Notes under the pieces: model-generated | Told to the model about the DNA's origin: nothing | Seen by the model: only the letters and a program-made list of their open reading frames with translations | Databases searched by the model: none | Assembly: GCA_044892525.1 (NCBI GenBank) | Contig: CM097885.1 | Coordinates: 8,806,001-8,870,000 of the forward strand | Origin: Schmidtea polychroa | Taxonomy: Eukaryota | Direction: 5' to 3' | Length of the DNA stretch: 64,000 bases | Translations under genes and position numbers: made by a program | Shown here: in pieces, positions 25,338-35,783 of the stretch | How the letters are laid out: each line of letters begins with the position of its first letter | Numbering within the stretch: position 1 is the stretch's first letter

Positions 25338-26128
25338 ATGGATACTTGGAAACCAATTTTAACTCGACACAAGAGTAAATTTAATAATAAGGTATTTCCT
25401 GATAATTTTAGATTATTAATTGTTGGATCTTCTGGATGTGGCAAGAATGTACTTCTTTTGAGGATGTTACTTGAAGATGCTTTTCTAGATTATAATAATT
25501 TAATATTTTATTCTACAACCATTAATCAACCGGAATTACAACTTTTGAAATGTGGATTTGAAAATAAATTAACTAAAAAAGGAATGATTGACATTTTTAA
25601 ACATCAAGAGGAGTGTCCTAAAGAAGTTTTTCAACCTTGTGATATGGTAGACTGGTACAAGGAAAAGATCATGGAATCGGATATTAATAATAAAAATGAT
25701 TATATCTGCGAGAGCCAAGGTGAGACAATTCAAGTTTATTCTCTAATAAACCTGAAGATGTAATACATTGTGATTTACTTCCTAGAAATAAAAAGAATTT
25801 AGTTATATTTGATGATGTTGTCAACATGAAAAACCAAGAGATTCAAAAGAGTTACTTTACACGAGGACGGCATAATAATTGTAATGTTATTTATATATCT
25901 CAAACTTATTATGCTTTGGATAAAAACTCTATAAGAAATAATTCCAATTGTTTTATATTTTTTAAATTAGATCGACGGGACAAGAATATGATTTATAATG
26001 CTTTATTTTCAAATGTTGAACCTGATAAGAATATGTTTGATATGTTTGTAGATAATCATTGGAAAGAAAAATATAATTATATTTATTTGGATAGAGAAGA
26101 AGCTGAAATATGGAAAAGTTTGTTTTAG
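25338..26128 (+). pseudogene. A32/FtsK-like genome packaging ATPase, frameshifted near 25730
   Basis: Walker A IVGSSGCGKN; Walker B LVIFDD at about 25800 in the second frame; FTRGRHNN, ISQTYY, IRNN. Confidence 0.92.
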
Positions 26129-27537
26129 AAATCTGTTTTCTGTAGTTCATTATTATAAAATCTACCTAATATTTTTTCATTATTTAAATCAAAGATGCTA
26201 TATGTTATTGGAGTTGTATATTGTATTTTATTTATAATAAAAATTTCATTTGTCCATTTTTTTGTGAATCCTTTTTCAAATTTATTTTTATATGTAAATA
26301 TTCTTACTCGGTCACCAATTTTAAACTTTGGTTTTTCAATAACATCATTTTCAATATTTACCACTTTAATGGTTTCAGGCTTCAAGGAAGCATTTAAAGG
26401 TGTTGATTTTATAGAACTATGAACATCATTATTATATTCATTTACAATCTTTTGTAACAATTCATTGTTCCATTTTTGTTTTCCAATAGCAGTAAAATAT
26501 TTCCACATTTTATTTTTTAATGTTCTATTTAATCTTTCAACTACGACTGGTTTTCCTTCGTTTTCTGTTGAATATAATTTAATATCATTTTCATTTAAAA
26601 ACTTTGTAAAAACTTTGTTATAAAATTCTGTTCCTTTATCACACCATAAATATTTTGGAATTCTTTGATATTCTTCAAATATATTTTCAAATGCTTCTGT
26701 AATGGAATATCCTGTTTTATTTTCTAAACATCTTGCAAAAGCAAATCTTGTATATAAATCTCTTACTGTTAAAATTATTTTATATTTTTCAGGGTCTGAT
26801 GATTTGCGCATAAAGACTAAATCAGCAGACCATGTTTGATCTTTTTCATGTACTTGAACTTTTAAATATTTTTTATTTTTTCTAAATTCATGGTGTAATT
26901 CCTTTGCATATTTTATTTCTGATTCTGTTGGGGTTTGTAAACTAGTCTTGGCTGTACTCTCGAGGGATCTTTCAATCTCTGCTTGTTCGATAATCTTTTT
27001 ATAAGCAACATCTTTTGCTTTCCTAGGAAGTCTTGCACCCATGGTGATCGGACTGTGTCCTAAGCCTATGAAAATCTTACCTTTCATTGCTAATTTAACT
27101 AGAGCTCTTTGAATCTTTTCTTGGGTTGATGGATTTTGGATACTATTTAAATCATGTATTAAATTCACATCTGCAACATGTCTATCTCTAAGATTTGTTG
27201 AATTGTATGCAATGTCATGTTTTAAAGCTGCTTGATCAATTCTATTTATTGGTTCTTCTCCTTGTTTGGGATTATTATTTTCATCTAATCTAATATCTAG
27301 ACGTGTTCCTGGTCCAGTATAGTTGTGTTTAAATAAATGTCTTTCACCTGGATATTTTTCTGTAGTAAAAGGTTTTAATATTGAAGATGTTGTTTTTGAA
27401 GATTGCAAATCGCCTCCAGCTCGTGGAATTAGGTCACCTACTGTATGTTTTTTAGTTTTAAGATGACTTGCTTTATGATGTCTTGTAACTTGACAATTAC
27501 AAGTTTCACATCTCCAATAGGGTTTATTTAAAGACAT
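26125..27537 (-). CDS. Zinc finger + parvovirus-type phospholipase A2 + RVE integrase fusion
   Basis: CETC...HLKTKKH; NYTGPGT...RIDQAALKHDIAY...RHVAD; DDE triad WSADL, WCDKGTEF, VVERLNRTLK; PKFKIGDRVRI. Single uninterrupted 470-aa ORF. Confidence 0.93.
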   Translation of the reverse strand: MSLNKPYWRCETCNCQVTRHHKASHLKTKKHTVGDLIPRAGGDLQSSKTTSSILKPFTTEKYPGERHLFKHNYTGPGTRLDIRLDENNNPKQGEEPINRIDQAALKHDIAYNSTNLRDRHVADVNLIHDLNSIQNPSTQEKIQRALVKLAMKGKIFIGLGHSPITMGARLPRKAKDVAYKKIIEQAEIERSLESTAKTSLQTPTESEIKYAKELHHEFRKNKKYLKVQVHEKDQTWSADLVFMRKSSDPEKYKIILTVRDLYTRFAFARCLENKTGYSITEAFENIFEEYQRIPKYLWCDKGTEFYNKVFTKFLNENDIKLYSTENEGKPVVVERLNRTLKNKMWKYFTAIGKQKWNNELLQKIVNEYNNDVHSSIKSTPLNASLKPETIKVVNIENDVIEKPKFKIGDRVRIFTYKNKFEKGFTKKWTNEIFIINKIQYTTPITYSIFDLNNEKILGRFYNNELQKTDF

Positions 27538-27554
27538 TTTAAAATGTTAAAATA

Positions 27555-28847
27555 TTAAGAATCTCCCCTAACATTTTCAATAATTGAAATCTTTCCACCA
27601 TATAATTTCATTTCTATTTTCTTTTCTTCTAATATTAATGTATATACTTTAGCTTTAAAATTAGAATCCTTTGTTACATGAAGTGTAACATCAACATTAT
27701 TTATGGCTAATCGATCATCTTGGTCTGATACATTTATACAAAATATAGAATATAAATTTTTGAAATCTTCTAGACTTAATTGTGGTTCAACTTTAAAATC
27801 ATGACATGTTTCAATATAATTTAGATATGGGAATATGTTTTCATTTTTTTCAATATTAAATTCCATTTTATTTATAGGATAATAGGAATTATTTAATTGA
27901 ATTTGAATTGTTTTTAAATTATCATCTTGAATCTTTTGAATAAATAGATTGTTATTTTTTTGGAAAGATGAATCTGTTTCTTTGAATCCAATCAAGATAT
28001 ATCTTGGTCGGTATGCTAAATTTGCTACCTTTATAGAATATGTTGAACCCTCTGTCATACTAAATTCACTACAGATTCTATTTAAATAATTTACATTTAT
28101 AGACTTGTTGGAATTTAATCTTTCAAGGAGTTTAATCTCAGAATGTGGGTTTAATGTCCATTCAGGTATATGTAATTCAAGTGTTGATAATTTTAATTTA
28201 GCTTTTGTATCTACAGCTCCATAGAACAATCTTTTATCACCTTCTACTCTATTACAGATGAATTCTATAAAAACATTATGAAGTATACGATTATAGTTTT
28301 GAAGGAATCCAAACAAGTGTTTTAATTCAAAATAACCTTCAAATTTTTTAGATTTATAAAGTTCAGCTCTTTTATGGTAACCATGGTTTACATCTAAACC
28401 ATCTTTATCTAAATCCCCTTTATTAACATCAGGAATCCAACCTGTTAATTCACCATATTCGTTTTTATAATCACAACCAGTCAAAATAAAATTTAACATT
28501 GTAGAATATACTCCCGGATGCAAAACAGTTTCAATTTCTGATGATCCTAGTTTTAATCTCATGTTGGAGAATAAATTTGGAAAGAAATTATTTTCTAGGG
28601 TTATATCTTTGTTTGCTTCAATTTCTAATTCTACTTTGTAATATAATTTGGCATTACAAATATCTATTGGGTTTGATGTTTGAAGAGATTGAAAAACTAT
28701 ATCACCCCTACGATTTAAGTTTGCAATAGATCCTGAAGTTGGCGAGATTTTTAAAATATCATTTTTTTTAATTTCATGAGTAAATTCTTTATTATAATCA
28801 AGATTTAATTTATTTTTTTCTTGAATTTTAAGATTTATATTATTCAT
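27555..28847 (-). CDS. Major capsid protein (double jelly roll)
   Basis: About 430 aa from the AAAATG start at 28847; NNFFPNLFSNMRLKLGSSEIE, LKHLFGFLQNYNRIL, RPRYILIGF, YSIFCINVS. Confidence 0.88.
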   Translation of the reverse strand: MNNINLKIQEKNKLNLDYNKEFTHEIKKNDILKISPTSGSIANLNRRGDIVFQSLQTSNPIDICNAKLYYKVELEIEANKDITLENNFFPNLFSNMRLKLGSSEIETVLHPGVYSTMLNFILTGCDYKNEYGELTGWIPDVNKGDLDKDGLDVNHGYHKRAELYKSKKFEGYFELKHLFGFLQNYNRILHNVFIEFICNRVEGDKRLFYGAVDTKAKLKLSTLELHIPEWTLNPHSEIKLLERLNSNKSINVNYLNRICSEFSMTEGSTYSIKVANLAYRPRYILIGFKETDSSFQKNNNLFIQKIQDDNLKTIQIQLNNSYYPINKMEFNIEKNENIFPYLNYIETCHDFKVEPQLSLEDFKNLYSIFCINVSDQDDRLAINNVDVTLHVTKDSNFKAKVYTLILEEKKIEMKLYGGKISIIENVRGDS

Positions 28848-28933
28848 TTTTATATATAAAAGTTGATAAAAATAAAAGTTGAAAAATAAAAATAAAAATA
28901 AAAGGGAATTCAATAAAAAAATAATTTATAAAA

Positions 28934-29155
28934 ATGATTGACTTTATTGAAAGAATGAGAAATGAATTGAATGAAGTTAAACTTAAGAGAATAAAAAGAA
29001 GAGAAGAAGAACCATTAGAATACATTAAAGAGTTGGTGGTAGAGAATGAAAAGTATCGACATTTTTACATGAATGCAGTAGAAGTAGCTGAGAAAAGATT
29101 AGATAAAATAAAACAATTACAGGAAAGAATAAAAGAACTTGAATCGATTATTTAA
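28934..29155 (+). CDS. Small charged coiled-coil protein
   Basis: 73-aa E/K/R-rich ORF with an AAAATG start, divergent from the capsid gene. Confidence 0.55.
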   Translation: MIDFIERMRNELNEVKLKRIKRREEEPLEYIKELVVENEKYRHFYMNAVEVAEKRLDKIKQLQERIKELESII

Positions 29156-29174
29156 AAAAATGACAAAAAATCCA

Positions 29175-29258
29175 GACCTTGATGGCGCAGTGGGCTAGAC
29201 TCACACAGTGGTTCAAAATGCTAGCGGTTCAAATCACATCTGAGGTTAGTTTTTTTTT
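29175..29258 (+). ncRNA. tRNA-like RNA polymerase III unit 1
   Basis: A box TGGCGCAGTGG, B box GGTTCAAATC, end pairing GACCTTG/TGAGGTT, T9 terminator at 29250-29258. Anticodon stem does not form properly. Confidence 0.7.
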
Positions 29259-29421
29259 CAACATAAAATAATATTAAAAATTTGAAAATAATATTGAAAA
29301 TAGTGTGGGTATCTTATATTTATAAAGTACTTGTATATTTTATTTTATTTATTTTATTTTATTTTATTTTTTTATTAATTAATTATTTTTAAAACATAAA
29401 TATGAAAAAAAAAATATTGAA

Positions 29422-29501
29422 ACGGGTGATGGTGGCGAACCGGTAATTATCCCCACCAGTCTTTCGAACACACCCGGATCGATCCCTTTCTCAGTTGTTT
29501 T
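29422..29501 (+). ncRNA. Candidate Pol III unit 2
   Basis: A-box-like TGGCGAACCGG (29433-43), B-box-like GGATCGATCCC (29476-86), TTTT at 29498. Stems GGGTG/CACCC and TGGTGG/CCACCA. Confidence 0.45.
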
Positions 29502-29710
29502 CGGACCTCTTTCGGATTCGCTTTCGAATTCATTTGTACTTTCGAGCAGCACACTTAAAACGCCGATGAAATCGTATTCGAGCGAGAAGCGAATAATAAG
29601 GTGTGCTGCTATTATCGAATTGATTCTGATTATGAGCCTGGCCAGCTTGTATATTGGAAGAGATTTGATAAACGAAAGAGGTTGAATAAAAAAAAATGAT
29701 CCGGATCAAA

Positions 29711-29769
29711 AAAACTGTTGAGAGGACAGTGAAAAAAAAAAAATACCACTGTCCTCTCAGAGCAGTTTT
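29711..29769. other. Stem-loop adjacent to the right TIR
   Basis: Perfect 13-bp stem tgagaggacagtg/cactgtcctctca, extended by aaaactg/cagtttt, with an A-rich loop. Confidence 0.8.
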
Positions 29770-29774
29770 ACTAT

Positions 29775-29946
29775 TTTTCATTTATTTTTTAATTTATATA
29801 ATTTAAAATCAATATTCTGATAAAGATCAACTCCGGAGTTTGATTGCGATCAAAAGTAGTGTGTATATAGCCCTAATGGTTTAAGCGTAATGGAGGTATG
29901 TTTTTGTTAGGAGGGCTGTTTGGGTTGGGTATATAACCACACTACC
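29775..29946 (-). repeat. Right TIR of element A (internally shortened relative to the left)
   Basis: gatcaactccggagtttgattgcgatcaaa followed by agtagtgtg...cacactacc. Confidence 0.9.
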
Positions 29947-31342
29947 TATACCAAATGCATTTTTATGTCTAAAACCATTGAGACAATGGGGACACCAGTT
30001 CACTCTAATCCAAAGGTTGCAGGAGCTACTGGGATGTGAGTTCATTAATTTTTGTAAGTTAAAAACTGCGGTATAATGGAAATTATCACCGTCTTCCAAT
30101 AATAATAAATATATGGGTTCACCACCTATAACCTTAGATCGGTGAATAATATCTAAATGAGGATGATGGGGAATATAGTTACTATCATCGTTTTCTATAG
30201 GCTTAGCTGGGGTCTTTTTATAAATTAAAACATTTATTGATAAATTTAAATCCTTGTTTTTCCTTTCAAATTTAGGGATATCACATAATTTCATGGGGAA
30301 ATCATCTATTGGGTCAAAATTTAACTCGTCAAGATAATTTTCATAGGAACTAGCACGATTTCTATGATGACGTATAACATTACGTTTTAACAGTGCTAAA
30401 ATACTATAGATAAAGCACATATCGTCGGTGTTTTGACGTTTACTATTGCTTTTTTAAAATTTAAAGCTGATGGGGTGGGTATATAACTATGTCCAGCTAG
30501 CCTATTCATATGGGTAAATTTTGTTAATATAAAATCTATCTCTTTGATTTTAACCACTCGCCATCCGCTACCCAAATATGTGAATTTTTCTATTTTCTCA
30601 TTTAACTTAGTGATACCCTTTACTAGAAAATTATCTGAAAAAACTTCGGCGTTATTGGAGAAAAAATTATCTCGGATTTCGCCATCTTTCTCAAATTGGA
30701 TTAAAACGGTGAATTGTATTTTAACTGTGCCCATACCGTTTATTTCGGTAATTAATTTATTTGTCATCTTATTTGTAATGAAAACTTGTACCAAGTTATC
30801 TTTTTCCATATTAAATCGTAAATTCTTTCTAGCCCCCTTAAAATCTATCTCAATTTCAGGTTCATCGTCAATATCGATCGAACCACCTATTTGATTATAT
30901 ATTGAATCACCAGTTGTATTAATTTTAACAATTTTAGAGGGAACACCAGACCCAAAACTAACAGCAGGCTGTTTATTATTATTTAGAATATTATTTATTT
31001 TAGTATTTAGATCCGTATTTAGATTAGTATTATTTACATTATTATTTACATGTTTTGTATTATAATTATAATTTATAGGTTTTGTATTTAGGTGTTTTGT
31101 AGTATTATGTGTTGACTGTTGTATTTTGATAAACAATTTCTTTTTATTTAAAGAAAACAGATTTAAATGTGATTTGTGAATATTATAAAACTCTATATAT
31201 TTAATGCTGTGGGAAGTCTCGCATATTGGACATATAAAGTAGTTTATGCCATAGAATCTATGACCGTAGTATTTTTTCATATTTTTATGGCATATATTTG
31301 TATGATCATTTGATGACATGCAGTAGCGGGGGTATAATTTAC
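29947..31342 (-). pseudogene. Family B pPolB, copy B2, 5' part
   Basis: GSGW, SYIPTP...KKAIVNV, CFIYSILA, FPMKLCDIPKFERKN, HYTAV, WCPHCLNGF. Frameshift near 30425. Continues on the other side of element A. Confidence 0.92.
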
Positions 31343-31578
31343 CTGATAAATTATAAATATATATCAAATATATTAATAGATTTAAAAATTAATAGTTAAT
31401 TGCATTTATATTTAATGTCTTTATTAACAATTCTTAAGCAGTTTTTATCGCATAATAATTATAAAACGGAATAATAATCGGAATACATATATAATTTATT
31501 GTAATATTTTTATTATCAAAGGTATAAAATATGGGAGATATGAAATCATAAATATTATTATCATTGTTATTATTATTG

Positions 31579-31637
<59 letters not shown>

Positions 31638-32091
31638 TTTAAATATTATTATAAAAGAGAGTAGTTGCGTGCTCAATGCAAACTATGTTTGACAATTAAT
31701 ATTTTCAAAGTATTATTTCTATTCAATAATTATTTTTATAACAACTTATTAATTTCAACATCATTTTCAGGAACATATTCATATTTGTCATAATTTTCAG
31801 ATTTTTCATAATTATCTTCAGAAAGATTTTCATAATTTTCAGGAACATTTCGTGATTTTCATAATTATTTTCAGAAACATTTTCATATTTTTCATAATTT
31901 TCAACATTTTCATAATTTTCAGCATTTTTTCATAAGTTTCTGGAACATTCTCATAATTTTCAACATTTTCATAATAATTTCAGGAATATTTTCATCATTT
32001 TCAACATTTTCATAATTTATATGTGGTTATTAAACAAATTAATTATCAAACACAATTTTAAATTAATTTAAAAAATAATAATAAAATATAA

Positions 32092-32587
32092 CTAACATTT
32101 TGATTCTATATCGGAATCATCCTCAGATTCATCCCCATAAGAAACGGAGGCATGATTAATTTCCTCCTCAATTGATGTGAGGGCATATTCATCAGAAACA
32201 ACATTAATATTTGGGGCATATTCAACATTCGAGGTATCATTACCTAAAGTTTTTGTAATTCATTAATTAAATAAAATAAATTTACCCGTTGATTCCATGA
32301 TAATATCTCGGGTATTGTCCTCAATAACATTTTCACCATCATTAATTGTTTGATCAACTAAACAATTTTTCATTTCAATTAAATTTTAAAAATAAATTTA
32401 CTTAATAAAAGATCTTCTTCATTGTCACTAATAATGATTGGCAGATCTTGATTATAGTTGTCGGCCTCGGTGACTTCATACCATAAATTCTCTAAAATAA
32501 TAAATAATAATAATAATAAAAATAAAATAATTTACCGTTTTCTCCAGCCAACATGGCGCGTAAAATATTATCTAATTCACTGTCCAT
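32092..32587 (-). CDS. Spliced 4-exon acidic protein (121 aa), paralogue 1
   Basis: Exons 32587-32536, 32491-32402, 32357-32286, 32243-32092. GT-AG introns of 44, 44 and 42 nt, all phase 1. Reads MDSELDNILRAMLAGENENLWYEVTEAD...ESEDDSDIESKC*. Confidence 0.75.
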
Positions 32588-32918
32588 TTTTAATCGAAAT
32601 TTTTTTTTTTAGTCGAAAAATTGCAAAATTTAAAAATAATTGTGACGATTTTGAAAATTGTAACTGTTTATAAAGAAAATGAATATTTTCCGGTCCAATC
32701 AAAATCAAGGAAGGGATAGGACAAAAATACATTACGTTGCGGTATTTTAAAATTTAAATATATTTTAAAAACACATTTTGACATTAAAGTTGATTTATTT
32801 AAAATTTTCATAATTTGCATTAATTTCATGATTATTTTCAATATTTTCATGATTGTTTTCTTCAAAATCTTATTTTATTTACAAATTATTATTACTATTA
32901 CTATTATTATTATTATTA

Positions 32919-32964
<46 letters not shown>

Positions 32965-33255
32965 CATTATTTTTATTATTATTATTAATATTATTATTAT
33001 TATTAATATGATTATCATTATTATTATTTATTTATTTATTTATTTATTTTTTAATTATTTTTATTTATTTATTTTTTTTTTATTATTATTATCATTATTA
33101 TTAATTTTTTTTTTATTATTTTTTATTTTTATTGTTATTTTTATTATTTTTATTATTATTACTTTTATTATTTATATTATTATCATTATTATTTTATTAT
33201 TATTATTATTATTATTATTAATATTATTAATATTATTTTTATTATTATTATTATT

Positions 33256-33560
33256 AAACATGTGTGTATTATACATAAAACAAGATACATAAATTTTAAT
33301 CAAGCTATTTTATAGAAAATTAAATTTTATCTATATAATATATGAATAAAAATCCAAGAAAATTACGTTAACCGCGCGAAAATTACAAATTTATTGTAAA
33401 AACATGTGTGTAATATATACAAAACAAGATACATAAATTTTAATCAAGCTATTTTATAGAAAATTAAATTTTATCTATATAATATATGAATAAAAATCCA
33501 AGAAAATTACGTTAACCGCGCGAAAATTACAAATTTATCGTAAAAACATGTGTGTATTAC
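33256..33560. repeat. 144-bp tandem duplication carrying E2F-like TTTTCGCGCG
   Basis: aacatgtgtg recurs at about 33257, 33401 and 33545; each full unit has cgcgcgaaaa. Confidence 0.85.
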
Positions 33561-33693
33561 ACACAAAGCGACAAACTAAAGTTTTAATTGCGCCATGTTG
33601 TAGAGAATTAAAATTCTGCCTATACATGGTTACACTTAAATCTCGATCAGACCTGTTAAAAGTGACAAAAAGAGTAAAAACAGTAGAGTAGGG

Positions 33694-33883
33694 TAATGTG
33701 TGGAGTCGGGAACAAAGACATATGACGTCATCGATGACGTCACAAAGACATATGAGTCATACCCTCCGGGGGGGAGGGGGTATTTTTTATTAACAAAGAC
33801 ATATGACTCACCGTGATGACTCACCGTGATGCCTCATCGTGATGACTCATCAAGGTCATATGACTCACCGACTCCACACATTA
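33694..33883. promoter_or_regulatory. AP-1/CRE site cluster bounded by a 16-bp perfect inverted repeat
   Basis: 2 x TGACGTCA, 5 x TGA(C/G)TCA, 3 x ACAAAGACATATGA; ends taatgtgtggagtcgg / ccgactccacacatta. Confidence 0.6.
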
Positions 33884-34280
33884 ATTTTCGTCATTTTCAT
33901 CATTTTCTTCATATTTTCAGAATTTTCATAATTTTCGTCATAATTTTCATCATATTTTCATTATCACAATTGTCGTCATATTTTCATCATATTTTCATCA
34001 TCATAATTTTCGTCATTTTCATTATTTTCGGCATTTTCATAATCATTTTTATTTTCGTCATCATTTTCTTCATATTATCTTATTCGTCATTTTCTTCATA
34101 TCATCTTATTCCTCATATCTTCATTTTTCTTCATATCATCATTTTTCATCATATTCTTCTTATCTTCATAATTAATTAAAATTTAATAACATTACAAAAA
34201 TTTTTATGCAAATGTTTAAAAAGTGATTACGAAAATTGTTTAATTTTTAAAAAAAAAATATATACATATAAATAAATAAA

Positions 34281-34785
34281 TCAATTCTTACATTGAGGTT
34301 CCTCATCGGAATCATCCTCAGAGAGGCCATTATCATTTTCTGCTACCACCTCCAAATTGAGGGTATCTTCTGCTACCACCTCCAAATTGAGGGTATTTTC
34401 TGCTACCTCCTCTAAACTGAGGGCATTTCCACCATTATCCAAGTCCACATTAAACTCTAAATGATTTTTTAAAAATAATATACAAAAAATAAAATAAATT
34501 TACTTTCAGCATCATTTTCTCTTACATTAGGGGCATCAGTTTGCCCAATAAACACGACATCATCGTCGTCACTAATTGTAATCGGTTCAAAAAAACAAAA
34601 TTAATTTCATAAAAATTAGAATAATAAATTTACCAAAAATTCGATCCACATTCAATAACGTCTCATCCTCGGTTACTTCTAACCAGTCAAATGAATCTAA
34701 ATAAAAAAAAATAAAAATAGAATAATAATAAAAATAATAATTTACCAGTTGACAAAAGTCCTCGAAAAATATTGTTGTTCGACAT
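34281..34785 (-). pseudogene. Spliced 4-exon acidic protein, paralogue 2 (second acceptor reads TG instead of AG)
   Basis: MSNNNIFRGLLST|DSFDWLEVTEDE...|EPITISDDDDVVFIG...|KFNV...LSEDDSDEEPQCKN*. Same phase-1 intron layout as 32092-32587. Confidence 0.68.
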
Positions 34786-35169
34786 TTTGGTTTGTTGTTG
34801 AAAAATTTTATATGGTTTGTTGTTGAAAAATTTTAAAATAATTGTGACAAATTTGAGATTTGTCAATGTTTATAGAGAGAATGAATATTTTCCTGTCCCA
34901 GCCAATGAGAGTTTAGGCACACACACATAGACACTGAATATTTTACTCACTCAACCAATCACACGCATGCATGTATGTAATGTAAATCACTCAGAAATTA
35001 CATGTGACTGCCTTTGTTAGTCATGCCTTTGTTAACTTGCACTGTGCATGCTTCAGGCAAAGGTGGTCTTTATGTAGAATTAATAATATTTATGTAAATA
35101 ATAATAAAATTAATTAAAAATAATAATATCTTTCAAAATAATAATAATATTAATAATATTAATAATAAT

Positions 35170-35281
<112 letters not shown>

Positions 35282-35294
35282 TTAATAATAATAA

Positions 35295-35325
<31 letters not shown>

Positions 35326-35370
35326 CACAACAACAAAGGAAAGGATACATTTATTAAACATCAAATTTTA

Positions 35371-35760
35371 TTAAACATCAAATTTTTTGTACAATAACCA
35401 ACCTAAACAATGTTGACCACATGTTTGAGTCAAAGGATTTTGAAACATAGTTTTATTATACACAATAGGTTTTCCCATTGTTTGTAGTTTTGATATCAAC
35501 AAAGCCGGGTAATAAAAACCCATAGGATCGAACACGAATATATTACCAGGTTTCATATATATAGCTATCCAATGTTCTCCACTAAGATGAGACGATTGAG
35601 TATTGACGATTATTGCTTGATTATTACTCAAATATGGAATTTTATCAAGAGGAAAAACTCCAACAAATTCATTTCCCAATATCTGTTTTCCGATTTTATT
35701 GACCTGAACAGAACTACTTAAATAAATCCAGAGTATAAAAAACAACTTACTCCATGACAA
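35371..35760 (-). CDS. Family B adenain-like protease, variant a
   Basis: GVFPLD, IVNT, GEHWIA, FDPMG, FQNPLTQTCGQHC. The 5' end is possibly spliced. Confidence 0.88.
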   Translation of the reverse strand: MSWSKLFFILWIYLSSSVQVNKIGKQILGNEFVGVFPLDKIPYLSNNQAIIVNTQSSHLSGEHWIAIYMKPGNIFVFDPMGFYYPALLISKLQTMGKPIVYNKTMFQNPLTQTCGQHCLGWLLYKKFDV

Positions 35761-35783
35761 CTTTTTGGTGTTTCTGTATACAT

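Larger units (their letters stand above)
15920..29946. mobile_element. Polinton/Maverick (adintovirus-like) element A, structurally complete, about 14 kb
   Basis: Begins AGTAGTGTG and ends CACACTACC, with TIRs. Encodes pPolB, RVE integrase, A32-like ATPase, adenain protease, major and minor capsid. Flanking hexamers aatatc / tatacc match 4/6. Confidence 0.93.

Noticed and set aside
29175..29248. Functional tRNA gene
   Set aside because: D and anticodon stems do not pair canonically; kept only as a tRNA-like Pol III unit.
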